Part shown: piece after piece, positions 17,433-27,087 of the stretch | Layout of the letters: each line of letters starts with the position of its first letter | Position numbering within the stretch: the first letter of the stretch is position 1 | From: Bryobacterales bacterium | GTDB lineage: Bacteria; Acidobacteriota; Terriglobia; Bryobacterales; Bryobacteraceae | Assembly: GCA_963813145.1 (NCBI GenBank) | Contig: CAWEXX010000003.1 | Location: 712,026 to 776,025, forward strand | Length of the DNA stretch: 64,000 nt | Reading direction: 5' to 3' | Translations under genes and position numbers: made by a program | The notes under the pieces: generated by a model | Seen by the model: the letters and a program-made list of their open reading frames with translations, nothing else | Databases searched by the model: none | What the model was told of the DNA's origin: nothing

Positions 17433-19835
17433 ATGCGAACATTTCTAGCCGATCTTCGCTTTGCGTTGCGGATGCTGGGGAAGCGCCCGGGGTTCACGAC
17501 GGTCGCCGTGCTTGCGCTGGGGCTGGGGATCGGAGCGAACACGGCGGTGTTCAGCGTGATAAGGGGCGTCGTTTTGCGGCCGCTGCCTTATCGCGACCCG
17601 GACCGCCTGATGGCGTTGTGGCAATCGAATCTGAAGGCGGCCGCGCCGCGCGAGGCGATCTCGCCGCCCGATTTTAAAGACTGGAGCGAACGGAACCGGT
17701 CGTTCGAAATGCTGGCCGCTTATGGCGGAGGAGCGGCGGTCCTCACCGAGAGCGGCGAGCCGGAGCAGTTGAACGGGACTACGGTAACTTCGAATTATTT
17801 CGATCTGCTGGGTGTCCAACCGGCGCTCGGACGCGCATTTAACGCGTCTTCGAGCGACGGCGCCGAGATGATCATCAGCAACGGATTGTGGGAGCGGCGT
17901 TTCGGCAGGGATCCGCAAATCCTGGGGCGCAAACTGCGCATCGGAGGCATTCTGCGGACGGTGGTGGGCGTGATGCCGCCGGGTTTTCGCGAGGTGGACG
18001 TCGATGGCCGCAAGCCCCCGGAGATGTGGCGCGTTTTCAGTCCCTCGGATCTGAAGACCGGCCGTAGCAACGACTTCCTGCGGGTGCTGGGGCGGCGAAA
18101 ACCGGGCGTCTCCGAAGAGCAGGCGCGCAGCGAAATGACGATGATCGCGCAGCAGTTGATCAAGGAATATCCAGCATTCAACGCCGCGTGGACCATTCAG
18201 GTGATCCCTCTGGCGGAGGCGACGGCGGGCAAAGTGCACACGCCGCTCCTTCTATTGTTGAGCGCGGCAGCGATCCTGCTGCTGATCGCGTGCGCTAACG
18301 TGGCGAATTTGAGTCTCGCGCGGTCCACGGAACGGCGGCAGGAGTTCGCAATTCGCGCGGCGCTCGGCGGTGGCACCGGACGGTTGTTCCGCCAACTGAT
18401 CACGGAGAGCCTCGCTCTGAGTTTGATAGGCGGCGCGGTGGGATTTCTGCTCGGCATCTGGACGACGCGCGCCATGCTGACTCTGGGATCCGCATTTATT
18501 CCGCGCTCGGCGGACGTGAAGCTCGATCCATGGGTCATGGTTTTTGCGGCGGTGGTTGCCTGCCTGAGCGGAATCTTGTTCGGAGTTCTACCGGCGCTAC
18601 AGGCCACGCGCATCGATTTGAACGATTCGCTCAAATCCGCCGGACGAGGCACAGTGGCTCCGCGGAGACGGGCGCGAGCGGCGCTGGTGATCGTGGAAGT
18701 CGGGTTGTCGCTGTTGCTGTTAGTAGCTTCGAGCCTTTTGCTCCGCAGTTTTTGGCGATTGCAAGCTGTGTCGCTGGGCTTTGAGCCCGCGCACCTTTTG
18801 ACGGCGAGTGTGCGACTGCCGTCCGGTGCCGACCCGCAGAGCAAGGCTCGGACGATTCAATTCCTGGAGGAGTTGATCGCACGAATCGAACGTCTGCCGG
18901 GGGTGACCTCCGCCGCGGCGATCAGCGGAGCGCCGATGACGGGCGCGGGACACAACGCCTTCGTGATCGAAGGCCGGCCCACGCCTCCGCCGGATGTCAT
19001 CCAGGATGCAGTGGTGAACACAATCACGCCGGGATATTTTCACACCATGGGAATCGGGCTTCATTCCGGCAGGTATATCACGCCATCGGACGCGGGATCG
19101 TCGCCTCAAGTCGCGGTGATCAGCGAAGGCCTGGCGCGCCGTTATTTCGCAAACGAAGATCCGCTGGGGCACCGCCTCAGCCTGGACGGAACCACTTTTT
19201 ACAGCATTATCGGGGTGGTGGGAACGGTTCATGACGAAGGCGTCGCCTCGGTCCCGATGCCACAGATCTATCTCGCACACGCGCAAGCGCCCTTTGCACG
19301 CATGGCGCTGGAGGTGCGGGCGACGCTCGATCCGCTCACACTTGTTTCGGCGGTGCGCGGAGAACTTGCGGCCATGGACAAGGATCGTCCGCTGAGCAAC
19401 GTGACGACGGAGGAACAGCTCATCTCAGAAAATCTTGGACCTCGGCGCTTCGCGCTGTGGCTGATCGGATCATTCGCGGGGCTCGCTCTTCTCGTTGCGT
19501 CGATCGGCATCTATGGCGTGATCTCCTACACCGTGACCGAATCGACCAGGGAATTGGGCATTCGCATGGCGCTGGGCGCGCTCAAATCCGACGTTCTGCA
19601 AGTGGTCCTGGCGCGAGGATTGAAGCTGGTGCTGATTGGAATCGCAGCGGGAACGGTGGCGGCGCTGGCGGCGACACGAATCATGGCGAGTTTTCTGTTC
19701 AACGTTTCGGCTTATGATCCCGTCACCTTTGTAGCGGTGGCCGGTATCTTTGTTATCGTCGCGCTGGCGGCATGCCTGATCCCTGCGCGGCGGGCTACGA
19801 ATGTCGATCCTATGGTGGCTCTCCATTATGAATAG
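17433..19835 (+). CDS. MacB-like duplicated ABC permease (ADOP family)
   Basis: 800-aa ORF. N-terminus LRFALRMLGKRPGFTTVAVLALGLGIGANTAVFSV and two FtsX-like permease halves. No adjacent ATPase. Confidence 0.85.
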   Translation: MRTFLADLRFALRMLGKRPGFTTVAVLALGLGIGANTAVFSVIRGVVLRPLPYRDPDRLMALWQSNLKAAAPREAISPPDFKDWSERNRSFEMLAAYGGGAAVLTESGEPEQLNGTTVTSNYFDLLGVQPALGRAFNASSSDGAEMIISNGLWERRFGRDPQILGRKLRIGGILRTVVGVMPPGFREVDVDGRKPPEMWRVFSPSDLKTGRSNDFLRVLGRRKPGVSEEQARSEMTMIAQQLIKEYPAFNAAWTIQVIPLAEATAGKVHTPLLLLLSAAAILLLIACANVANLSLARSTERRQEFAIRAALGGGTGRLFRQLITESLALSLIGGAVGFLLGIWTTRAMLTLGSAFIPRSADVKLDPWVMVFAAVVACLSGILFGVLPALQATRIDLNDSLKSAGRGTVAPRRRARAALVIVEVGLSLLLLVASSLLLRSFWRLQAVSLGFEPAHLLTASVRLPSGADPQSKARTIQFLEELIARIERLPGVTSAAAISGAPMTGAGHNAFVIEGRPTPPPDVIQDAVVNTITPGYFHTMGIGLHSGRYITPSDAGSSPQVAVISEGLARRYFANEDPLGHRLSLDGTTFYSIIGVVGTVHDEGVASVPMPQIYLAHAQAPFARMALEVRATLDPLTLVSAVRGELAAMDKDRPLSNVTTEEQLISENLGPRRFALWLIGSFAGLALLVASIGIYGVISYTVTESTRELGIRMALGALKSDVLQVVLARGLKLVLIGIAAGTVAALAATRIMASFLFNVSAYDPVTFVAVAGIFVIVALAACLIPARRATNVDPMVALHYE

Positions 19836-19877
19836 GGCGGAGGGCAGGTCGGGAACCTGCCCCACTTGGTTTTCACT

Positions 19878-22319
19878 ATGAACAATCTACGGTATGCGGT
19901 TCGATTGCTCCTGAAGTCTCCCGGCTTTGCTCTGGTGGCGATTCTGACGCTGGCTTTGGGAATCGGAGTGAACAGCGCGATTTTCAGCGTGGTGGATGCC
20001 ATCATGCTGCAGCCGCTGCCGTATCCGGAGCCGGACCGGCTGGTTTCGCTTTGGGAGGTAAATGTCGACAAGGGGCCGAACAATTCGAATACCAGCGGGC
20101 AGAAGTTGGGGAGTGGCCCGGGCATGACTGTGGCGGCGGCGAATCTGATGGATTACCGGACGCAGAAAAATTCCTTTGTGTCGCTGGCGGGTTTCGCGGT
20201 GACGGGGATGAACATTACCGAGAGCGGTCCGCCGGATCGCGTGTCGGGCGAGCAGGTGACGGCGAATTACTTTCCGACGCTCGGGATTTTGCCGGCGCAA
20301 GGCCGCGCGTTTTTGCCGGAGGAGGATAGGCCGGGGGCGAATCATGTGGTGGTGGTCGCCGATGAGTTGTGGCACTCGCGCTTCGGAGGCGATTCGCATT
20401 TTCTGGGGAGCACCATCACGCTCGACAACGAAAAATACACCGTGGTGGGGATCATGCCGCCGGGATTTCGGAGTCCCAGCCAGTTCAACATCACCTTGCC
20501 GCTGCTGTTCTATGTTCCGGCCGCTTATCCGGACGATCTACTGGCGCATCACGCGGATCATGGGATCAATGTGATTGGGCGGCTGAAGCCGGGCGTGACT
20601 TTGGCGGCGGCGCGCGCGGAACTGGACGCCATTTCGCAAAGCCTCGCGCAGCGGTATCCGGAGGCTTGCAAGAACGTGAAGACCGGGACCGATGCGCTCG
20701 CCGTCGACATTTCGAGAGGCGTTCGAACGTCTCTGTTCATTTTGCTGGGAGCGGTGGGGCTGATTTTACTCATCGCATGTGCGAATCTCGCGAACCTGCT
20801 GTTGGTGCGGGCGATCGGGAGGCAGCGCGAGATTGCGATTCGATTCGCATTGGGCGCGAGCCGGAATCGCGTGATCGGGGAACTGCTGGCTCAGAGCACC
20901 GTATTAGCGGCGCTGGGATGCGGCGCGGGGCTGGTGTTCGGATATTGGACGCAGAGGTTGTTGACTGGATTCGCGCCGCACATGCCCCGGCTCGAAGGCG
21001 CTTCGCTGAATGGACGCGTGCTGTTATTCACGCTGGCGCTGTCGGCGATCACCGGCCTAGTTTGCGGAATATTTCCGGCTTGGCAAGCTTCGAAATCGAA
21101 ACCGGTGGAAGCGATGCGGGCGAGCGAAAGGCACCTGGCGGGAGGTTCCGTGATGCGGTGGCGCAGCGTGTTCATGATCGCCGAGGTGGCCATTTCCATG
21201 ATCCTGCTGGTGGGAGCGGGACTGCTGCTGAAGAGTTTCATGACGGTGAACCGGGTGGAGCTGGGGATCGCGACGGAGCGCGTCATCAATATGCGCATCG
21301 CGCTGCCGGATCTGCGCTATCCGACGCTGGAGCGGCGGGCGGCGTTTTTTGAGAATCTCGAAGAACGCACGAAGAGCCTGCCGGGGATGCAATCGGTGGC
21401 GTTCGCGAATAATTTTCCGCTGCGCGGCGGATGGTCCAGCAATTTTCGTCCGGAAAATCAGCCGGATCGTGGCGAGGACGCGGATTACCAAGCCGTGAGC
21501 CCAGGTTATTTCCCGACGCTCGGGATCGCGCTGCAACGAGGCCGGCTGCTGACGCCTGCCGATCGCGCGGGCTCGGAACTGGTGGCGGTGGTTAACATGG
21601 CGCTGGCGCGGAGGTTCTTCCCCAATGAGGACCCGATCGGGCATCGGTTCCGGCGTCACGATAAAGCGCCTTGGGCGACGATTGTAGGCGTGGTGAGCGA
21701 TGTGCGGCGGTCGGGGAAGACGGGGCAAATTAATCCGCAGGTTTATTTTCCCGCGGCGCAAACGCCTTCGTATCCGGTGCGGCTGGCGGAGTTTGCGTTT
21801 CGCTCCGCAGGCGATCCGAAACAACTGGTGGCAGCGGTGCAGCAGCAGGTTTGGGCGATCGATAAAGACCTGCCGGTTACGAATGTCCGCACTTACGACG
21901 AGATTATTTCGCAGTCCGTCGCCGAGCGCAGGTTCCAGACGCTGCTGCTGGGATTGTTCGCGGGGCTCGCGCTGATATTGGCGATGGTGGGAATTTACGG
22001 CGTCATCTCGTATTCGGTTTCGCAGAGGACTCCGGAGATCGGGATTCGGATGGCGCTGGGCGCGTCGCGGTCGGGTATTTTGCGGATGGTGATCGGGAGG
22101 GCGATGTTCCTGGTCGCGGTGGGCATTGCGGCGGGAGCCGGCGGGGCGTACTCGCTTTCGCAATATTTGAAGAGTCTATTGTTCGAGGTCAAGCCGGGGG
22201 ATCCGTGGACGTATGTAAGTCTCGCCGTGGTACTGGCGATGGTGGCGCTGGCGGCATCGTTGGTTCCGGCGAGGCGGGCGACTCGGGTGGATCCGATGAT
22301 TGCGTTGAGGTATGAGTAA
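19878..22319 (+). CDS. MacB-like duplicated ABC permease (ADOP family), paralog
   Basis: ORF 19866..22319 trimmed to ATG 19878 (MNNLRYAVRLLLKSPGFALVAILTLALGIGVNSAIFSV). Same architecture as the upstream gene. Confidence 0.85.
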   Translation: MNNLRYAVRLLLKSPGFALVAILTLALGIGVNSAIFSVVDAIMLQPLPYPEPDRLVSLWEVNVDKGPNNSNTSGQKLGSGPGMTVAAANLMDYRTQKNSFVSLAGFAVTGMNITESGPPDRVSGEQVTANYFPTLGILPAQGRAFLPEEDRPGANHVVVVADELWHSRFGGDSHFLGSTITLDNEKYTVVGIMPPGFRSPSQFNITLPLLFYVPAAYPDDLLAHHADHGINVIGRLKPGVTLAAARAELDAISQSLAQRYPEACKNVKTGTDALAVDISRGVRTSLFILLGAVGLILLIACANLANLLLVRAIGRQREIAIRFALGASRNRVIGELLAQSTVLAALGCGAGLVFGYWTQRLLTGFAPHMPRLEGASLNGRVLLFTLALSAITGLVCGIFPAWQASKSKPVEAMRASERHLAGGSVMRWRSVFMIAEVAISMILLVGAGLLLKSFMTVNRVELGIATERVINMRIALPDLRYPTLERRAAFFENLEERTKSLPGMQSVAFANNFPLRGGWSSNFRPENQPDRGEDADYQAVSPGYFPTLGIALQRGRLLTPADRAGSELVAVVNMALARRFFPNEDPIGHRFRRHDKAPWATIVGVVSDVRRSGKTGQINPQVYFPAAQTPSYPVRLAEFAFRSAGDPKQLVAAVQQQVWAIDKDLPVTNVRTYDEIISQSVAERRFQTLLLGLFAGLALILAMVGIYGVISYSVSQRTPEIGIRMALGASRSGILRMVIGRAMFLVAVGIAAGAGGAYSLSQYLKSLLFEVKPGDPWTYVSLAVVLAMVALAASLVPARRATRVDPMIALRYE

Positions 22320-22321
22320 AA

Positions 22322-22405
22322 ACCGCTCCCTGTGGTCGCGGCTCGCTGTCGGCGCTGTGGAGTCATCCTAAAGCGAGCCGTGACCAAAGGGAGCGGTTTT
22401 TTTTT
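22322..22405 (+). terminator. Family-A hairpin element with T9 tail (terminator-like)
   Basis: ACCGCTCCCTGTGGTCGCGGCTCG..CGAGCCGTGACCAAAGGGAGCGG followed by TTTTTTTTT, 3 nt after the ADOP stop codon. Confidence 0.7.
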
Positions 22406-22437
22406 GGGAGGGCAGGTCTGGAACATGCCCCACTGTG

Positions 22438-22824
22438 CTATTTGGGTTTGTACGCTACGCAGTCGATTTCGACTCGCATCACGGGGTTGGCGAACTGGGC
22501 TTCTACCGTGGTTCTTGCGGGCTTTTGGTCGCCGAAAAACTCGGCGTAGACTTCGTTCATCTGCGCGAATTCGCGGCCGTCTTTTAAGAAGACGGAACAC
22601 TTCACTACATCCGACACCGACGCGCCACAGCCTTCCAGGATTCGCTTGATGTTGCTAAGCACCAGGCGAGTCTCATGCTGGATGTCGCCGGGCGACAGCT
22701 GATCTGTGGCGGGATCGATCGGGCCTTGGCCGCTGACAAAAATAAAATCGCCCGCCCGCACCGCGGGGGAATATGGACCCCGCGGCGTCGGCACGGAGGC
22801 CGGAAAAATTCGCTCGATCGCCAT
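22438..22824 (-). CDS. ridA: RidA/YjgF-family enamine/imine deaminase
   Basis: 128-aa ORF. PRGPYSPAVRAGDFIFVSGQGPIDPAT and ARTTVEA motifs. Confidence 0.9.
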   Translation of the reverse strand: MAIERIFPASVPTPRGPYSPAVRAGDFIFVSGQGPIDPATDQLSPGDIQHETRLVLSNIKRILEGCGASVSDVVKCSVFLKDGREFAQMNEVYAEFFGDQKPARTTVEAQFANPVMRVEIDCVAYKPK

Positions 22825-22826
22825 GC

Positions 22827-24269
22827 TTAGGAGTTCCCGTCCGATTTCTTGCGGGGACTACGCGGTGGACGGCGCGGACCCGATCCTGCGCCAGGACCCT
22901 TGGCCGGCGCGCGCTTCCTGGCCGGGGCTCGCTTGGCTTTCGCGGGCGGGGGATTCGGTTCGAAGATGGTCGGCTGGCCTTCCACGTAAGGCTGAGGCTC
23001 GTCCTCCTCTTCGATTTCAGGGGCCGCTTCGGGCTCGGCCTGCACGGGCACTGCGGGCGGATAAAATTCCGCGCCGAGGGACACGCACATTCCCTGATCC
23101 TCATGCGGCTCGAGCCGCACGACCGTTTTATCCTGGGCGTAATTCAGGAATTCGACGAACGACTGGAAGCCGTAGCCGCTCACATCGAAGCTGGGCTGCT
23201 CCGCCTTGAACCATCCGGCGAGATCTTCCACTGGGCAGTTGTTTTCCAACTCCAGGCGATGATTTTCGAGCACGTCGCGCAACGGCGGCAGCAGATCTTC
23301 CGGCTTGAGATTCGCGCGCTCCGGCGTCGATGACGTTTTGCGCTCGATCACGTACCGGCCGCCGGTGCCGCTCACATTTACCAGCTCCGCGCGCTTCAGT
23401 TTCTCGACAAAATCGGAGAAGCTATTCGCTCCGTAGGCGCGCTCGTTGAACGCGGGGTCGAGCTGTAGCATGGTCGACTTCAGCAATCCGAGCTGCGGCT
23501 GCACGGCGCGGCGTTCCAGCACTTGTAGGGCGCGCTCCACGAGCGGCAGGGCCTGGCCCAGATCGAGCGGCGCGGGGCGCTGACGTCCTCGATCTGGTCC
23601 TCCGCCCGGGCCGCGGTCGGGACCACGATCCGGGCCACGATCAGGGCCACGCTCCGGACGATCCATTCTAGGTCCACGATCCGGACGGTCGCCTTGACGC
23701 TCCGGTCCGCGAGGCGCGCGAACTTCTCCGGGCAGCGTGATCGGGCGATCCGGCGCATCCTGCATCAGCGATTCAAAGCTGATGAATTCGTGGCAATTCT
23801 GCTGCAGAATGGTGGAGGTGAACGCCTTGCCGCCGACCACGAACACGGTCTTGCCGTATTCCTTCAGCTTGTTGACCAGCGGAATAAAATCGCTATCGCC
23901 GCTGACGATGGCAAACGCGTTCACATGGGTGTGCGTGAAGGCCATCTCCAATGCGTCGAGCGCGAGATTGATATCCGCGCCGTTCTTATCGCCGCGCGGC
24001 GAAGGAATCCGCTGCACCATCTGCACCGCGTTTTCCGCCATCTGCCGGGTGGCCCCATCCTGGCGGCCCCAGTTGGCGTAGGCGAATTTCGCCACGATGT
24101 CGCCGCGTTCTTTCAGGGCGTCCAGCGCCAGGGACACGTCGAACTCGCGGCGGAGCGTCGACTTCAGTCCGATCTCGATGTTGTCGTAATCGACGAACAC
24201 CGCAATATTGAGTTTGTCTTGCATTCTATCTTTCTTGAATATTTTAAATTGCGGTAAAGGGAGTCCCAT
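22827..24269 (-). CDS. NYN (LabA-like PIN-fold) domain protein with two OST-HTH/LOTUS-like modules
   Basis: 480-aa ORF. NYN motifs IAVFVDYDN, GADINLALDA and IVSGDSDFIPLV. A (P)DRG repeat linker, then two modules with ..SFSDFVEKL.. and ..GFQSFVEFL... TGATG stop/start overlap with the upstream gene (alternative ATG 24224). Confidence 0.8.
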   Translation of the reverse strand: MGLPLPQFKIFKKDRMQDKLNIAVFVDYDNIEIGLKSTLRREFDVSLALDALKERGDIVAKFAYANWGRQDGATRQMAENAVQMVQRIPSPRGDKNGADINLALDALEMAFTHTHVNAFAIVSGDSDFIPLVNKLKEYGKTVFVVGGKAFTSTILQQNCHEFISFESLMQDAPDRPITLPGEVRAPRGPERQGDRPDRGPRMDRPERGPDRGPDRGPDRGPGGGPDRGRQRPAPLDLGQALPLVERALQVLERRAVQPQLGLLKSTMLQLDPAFNERAYGANSFSDFVEKLKRAELVNVSGTGGRYVIERKTSSTPERANLKPEDLLPPLRDVLENHRLELENNCPVEDLAGWFKAEQPSFDVSGYGFQSFVEFLNYAQDKTVVRLEPHEDQGMCVSLGAEFYPPAVPVQAEPEAAPEIEEEDEPQPYVEGQPTIFEPNPPPAKAKRAPARKRAPAKGPGAGSGPRRPPRSPRKKSDGNS

Positions 24270-24673
24270 CAGGCCGTCTGCTTTACCGAGCTGCGGATGA
24301 AATTCACGATTGTGTCGAGCGAAGCGCCGGGTTGATACACCTGCGCCACGCCGAGCAATTTTAGTTGAGCGGCATCCTCATCCGGAACGATGCCACCCAC
24401 AATGACGAGCACGTCGCTCATCTGTTTTTCCTTCAGCAACTCCATCACCCGGGGCACGATGGCGTTGTGCGCTCCCGAGAGAATCGACAGGCCTATGACC
24501 TGCACATCCTCCTGAAGCGCCGCGTTCACAATCATCTCCGGAGTTTGCCGGAGACCGGTATACACCACTTCCATACCGGCATCACGCAACGCGCGCGCAA
24601 TTACTTTCGCGCCGCGGTCGTGTCCGTCGAGGCCTGGCTTCGCAACCAGTACCCGGATCCTGTGGTGATCCAT
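24269..24673 (-). CDS. Methylmalonyl-CoA mutase, cobalamin-binding (C-terminal domain) subunit
   Basis: 134-aa [37 protein letters not shown] and GLSILSGAH make up the B12-binding DxHxxG..SxL..GG pattern. Confidence 0.92.
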   Translation of the reverse strand: MDHHRIRVLVAKPGLDGHDRGAKVIARALRDAGMEVVYTGLRQTPEMIVNAALQEDVQVIGLSILSGAHNAIVPRVMELLKEKQMSDVLVIVGGIVPDEDAAQLKLLGVAQVYQPGASLDTIVNFIRSSVKQTA

Positions 24674-24795
24674 ATTTGCTAGAGATTTGTTCCGCCGTCT
24701 TTTCAGAAAAGCCGGTGGAATACCTCGTATTCAGTATAGACCGAAAACAGGACACCCTTGTTGACTGGTCCTGCCGGTGGCCCTACACTTGGGCA

Positions 24796-25611
24796 ATGCC
24801 GGATTTCGAGCCGCGCCCTGATTCGCCCATCTCACTAGGGTTGTCGCAGCCCCCGACAGCTCCTCCGGAGCAACCCCTTCCTTCCGTCGATGAATTGCAA
24901 TTTCGCCGCGCACAACCTATCGATAGGGAAGGACCTCCTGCGGCGAAGACGTGCGAATCCTGCAAACAACTGATTGCGAACGAATATTATCAGGTTCAGA
25001 ATCACGTGATCTGCCGGCATTGCGCCGACAAAATTCGGGAAGGGCAGCGGACAGCAAAGCCAGTTTCCATGTTTCGCCCGGTAATTTTTGGAGTGGGCGC
25101 GGCTCTCGCCGGATGTCTTCTGAATGCAATCGTGCTCTCCATGGGGGTGCAAATTGGAATTGTCGCCTTGGCTGTGGGATGGATGGTGGGCAAGGCGATT
25201 CGCCACGGCTCTTATGGAATCGGCGGCCGAAAGCAGCAGGTCCTGGCGGTCGCGCTCACTTATCTCGCCATCAGTATGAGTGTGCTTCCCCTTGTGATGT
25301 TCAGGGCTGCTAAACACGTAGCCGAGACCAGACGCTCGAACCAGGGAAACCCCGCGGCAACGGCACTACCGGCACCATCGCGTGCCGCTGCGGTCCAGCC
25401 AGCCGCGCCGAAGCGTTCGTTGGGCGCTGCATTGGTCGCGGTCATTGCGACTTGCGCGATTTCTCCGTTTCTGATTCTCGCAAGGTCGCCAGTGGGCGGA
25501 CTGATCTCGCTGTTCATCCTCTTTATCGGATTGCAGCGCGCCTGGGCGATGACTGCCCGGCACGACATACCGGTCACCGGCCCGTACCCAGCCAGCCCGG
25601 TCTCGACTTGA
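24796..25611 (+). CDS. Hypothetical membrane protein with N-terminal zinc-ribbon
   Basis: ORF 24676..25611 trimmed to ATG 24796. CESCKQ..ICRHC followed by about 4 TM helices. Confidence 0.55.
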   Translation: MPDFEPRPDSPISLGLSQPPTAPPEQPLPSVDELQFRRAQPIDREGPPAAKTCESCKQLIANEYYQVQNHVICRHCADKIREGQRTAKPVSMFRPVIFGVGAALAGCLLNAIVLSMGVQIGIVALAVGWMVGKAIRHGSYGIGGRKQQVLAVALTYLAISMSVLPLVMFRAAKHVAETRRSNQGNPAATALPAPSRAAAVQPAAPKRSLGAALVAVIATCAISPFLILARSPVGGLISLFILFIGLQRAWAMTARHDIPVTGPYPASPVST

Positions 25612-26822
25612 GCCGCATCGAGGAGCTCGACGGCATTCGCGGGCTCGCCATATTGGCGGTAATGGGCTGCCACTATTACCCGTTCACCACACTTCTCTTC
25701 AAGTCTGCGGAATTCGGCTGGGTGGGAGTCGACGTGTTCTTCGTGCTTTCGGGATTCCTGATTACCAGCATTTTGCTGGCATTGAAAGCGCGCCCCCATC
25801 CTTATAAGGTCTTCTACATTCGCCGCATTCTTCGCATTTTCCCGCCGTACTATGCGGTGACATTTCTAATTTTTCTGATCGCTTGGGTCCAGCGCGATTC
25901 TTCTGGTTGGCATACATACGCCGGCAAACTCCTGTTCCTGCAGAGTTTTGACAATGAGTCATTGGTCATGCACCAGCTCAAGAACGCGCACCTCGTCAAT
26001 CCCTTTGCCGGCCAGCCGCTGCCGCCGGGGCTGGACATCGGATTCTCTGTCGGTCCTTTCATCAGCAGTCTTGGACCCACATGGTCGCTCTCCATCGAGG
26101 AGTGGTTCTACATTCTCTGGGCGCCGGTGGTTTTGCGCGTCCGCCGGGAGGCGCTCGGCCCGATCTGCGTCGTGGTTTGCGTGGCGGCTCTCCTCATCCG
26201 CTGGTTTGGATTTCTCGGCTTCTTCACCTATTTCGACTTCTTTTCCCGGATCGACATGTTGCTCTATGGCGCGCTGCTCGCCCTTTGGATGGAGCGCCGA
26301 AAGGTGTTGTCCTCCGCTGCCCAGAGGCGCGGCGATTCGATGCTTCTTGGCGGTTCCGTAGTCAGCGGCGTCCTGTTGCTATCGATTCTCTTCGCCATCA
26401 GGCCGGTGCTGGGATACGAGATACGGGACAATATCACATTCTCCGTGTTTGGACTGCCGCTGATCGGAGTCAGTTTGGCTGGAATCCTCAGCTACATCCT
26501 CCGCAACGCCGGCAGCGAGAACTTTTTGAGCGTGTTCCTGCGCCTCAGGCCGCTGGTGGTGGTGGGAACGGTCAGCTACACGCTGTATCTGGTCCACGTG
26601 CCGGTTTATTTTCTAGCGCATCAGGCGGCCGATCTTATGGGTATTCCCTCAATGACGTTCGGCGCGGCGCTGGCGATCGCGGTCATCAGCGGAGGGCTGT
26701 CGCTGGGGGTCGCGCGATTGTCGTTTAAGTATTTCGAGACACCGATTCTGAGGTACAAGGACTCAATGACAAATCGAATTATAGGGAAGGCGGAGTCGCC
26801 GGATTCGAGGCAGGATGCCTGA
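25608..26822 (+). CDS. Acyltransferase family 3 (OafA/YrhL-like) membrane protein
   Basis: ORF 25452..26822 trimmed to in-frame TTG 25608 (TTGA overlap with the upstream stop). LDGIRGLAILAVM..FGWVGVDVFFVLSGFLIT. Multi-TM. Confidence 0.8.
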   Translation: MSRIEELDGIRGLAILAVMGCHYYPFTTLLFKSAEFGWVGVDVFFVLSGFLITSILLALKARPHPYKVFYIRRILRIFPPYYAVTFLIFLIAWVQRDSSGWHTYAGKLLFLQSFDNESLVMHQLKNAHLVNPFAGQPLPPGLDIGFSVGPFISSLGPTWSLSIEEWFYILWAPVVLRVRREALGPICVVVCVAALLIRWFGFLGFFTYFDFFSRIDMLLYGALLALWMERRKVLSSAAQRRGDSMLLGGSVVSGVLLLSILFAIRPVLGYEIRDNITFSVFGLPLIGVSLAGILSYILRNAGSENFLSVFLRLRPLVVVGTVSYTLYLVHVPVYFLAHQAADLMGIPSMTFGAALAIAVISGGLSLGVARLSFKYFETPILRYKDSMTNRIIGKAESPDSRQDA

Positions 26823-27087
26823 AAAAGTCATTCGCAGGGCATGGCCCCGCGCCACGTGCTGCGCATCTTGTTGATTGCGATGTGGGGCGGGGCCATGCCC
26901 TGCCGTGCCGGTGGGCTGTCAGCGAGTTTCCTCTACTGACGACATTTCAGACAGCCCCATTCGTCAGCGTGGGGCGATGTCACCCCAGAATAGCCCCAAG
27001 CTGACGCATGGGGCTTGTGCTTCGCGGACAGCGTCACTCATCTTTAGGGAGCGAAAGCGCCTGTCCCACCTCGGACACGAGATACTA

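Noticed and set aside
21057-22163. 368-aa ORF on the minus strand
   Set aside because: Antisense to the second ADOP permease. Arg/Pro/His-rich shadow ORF.
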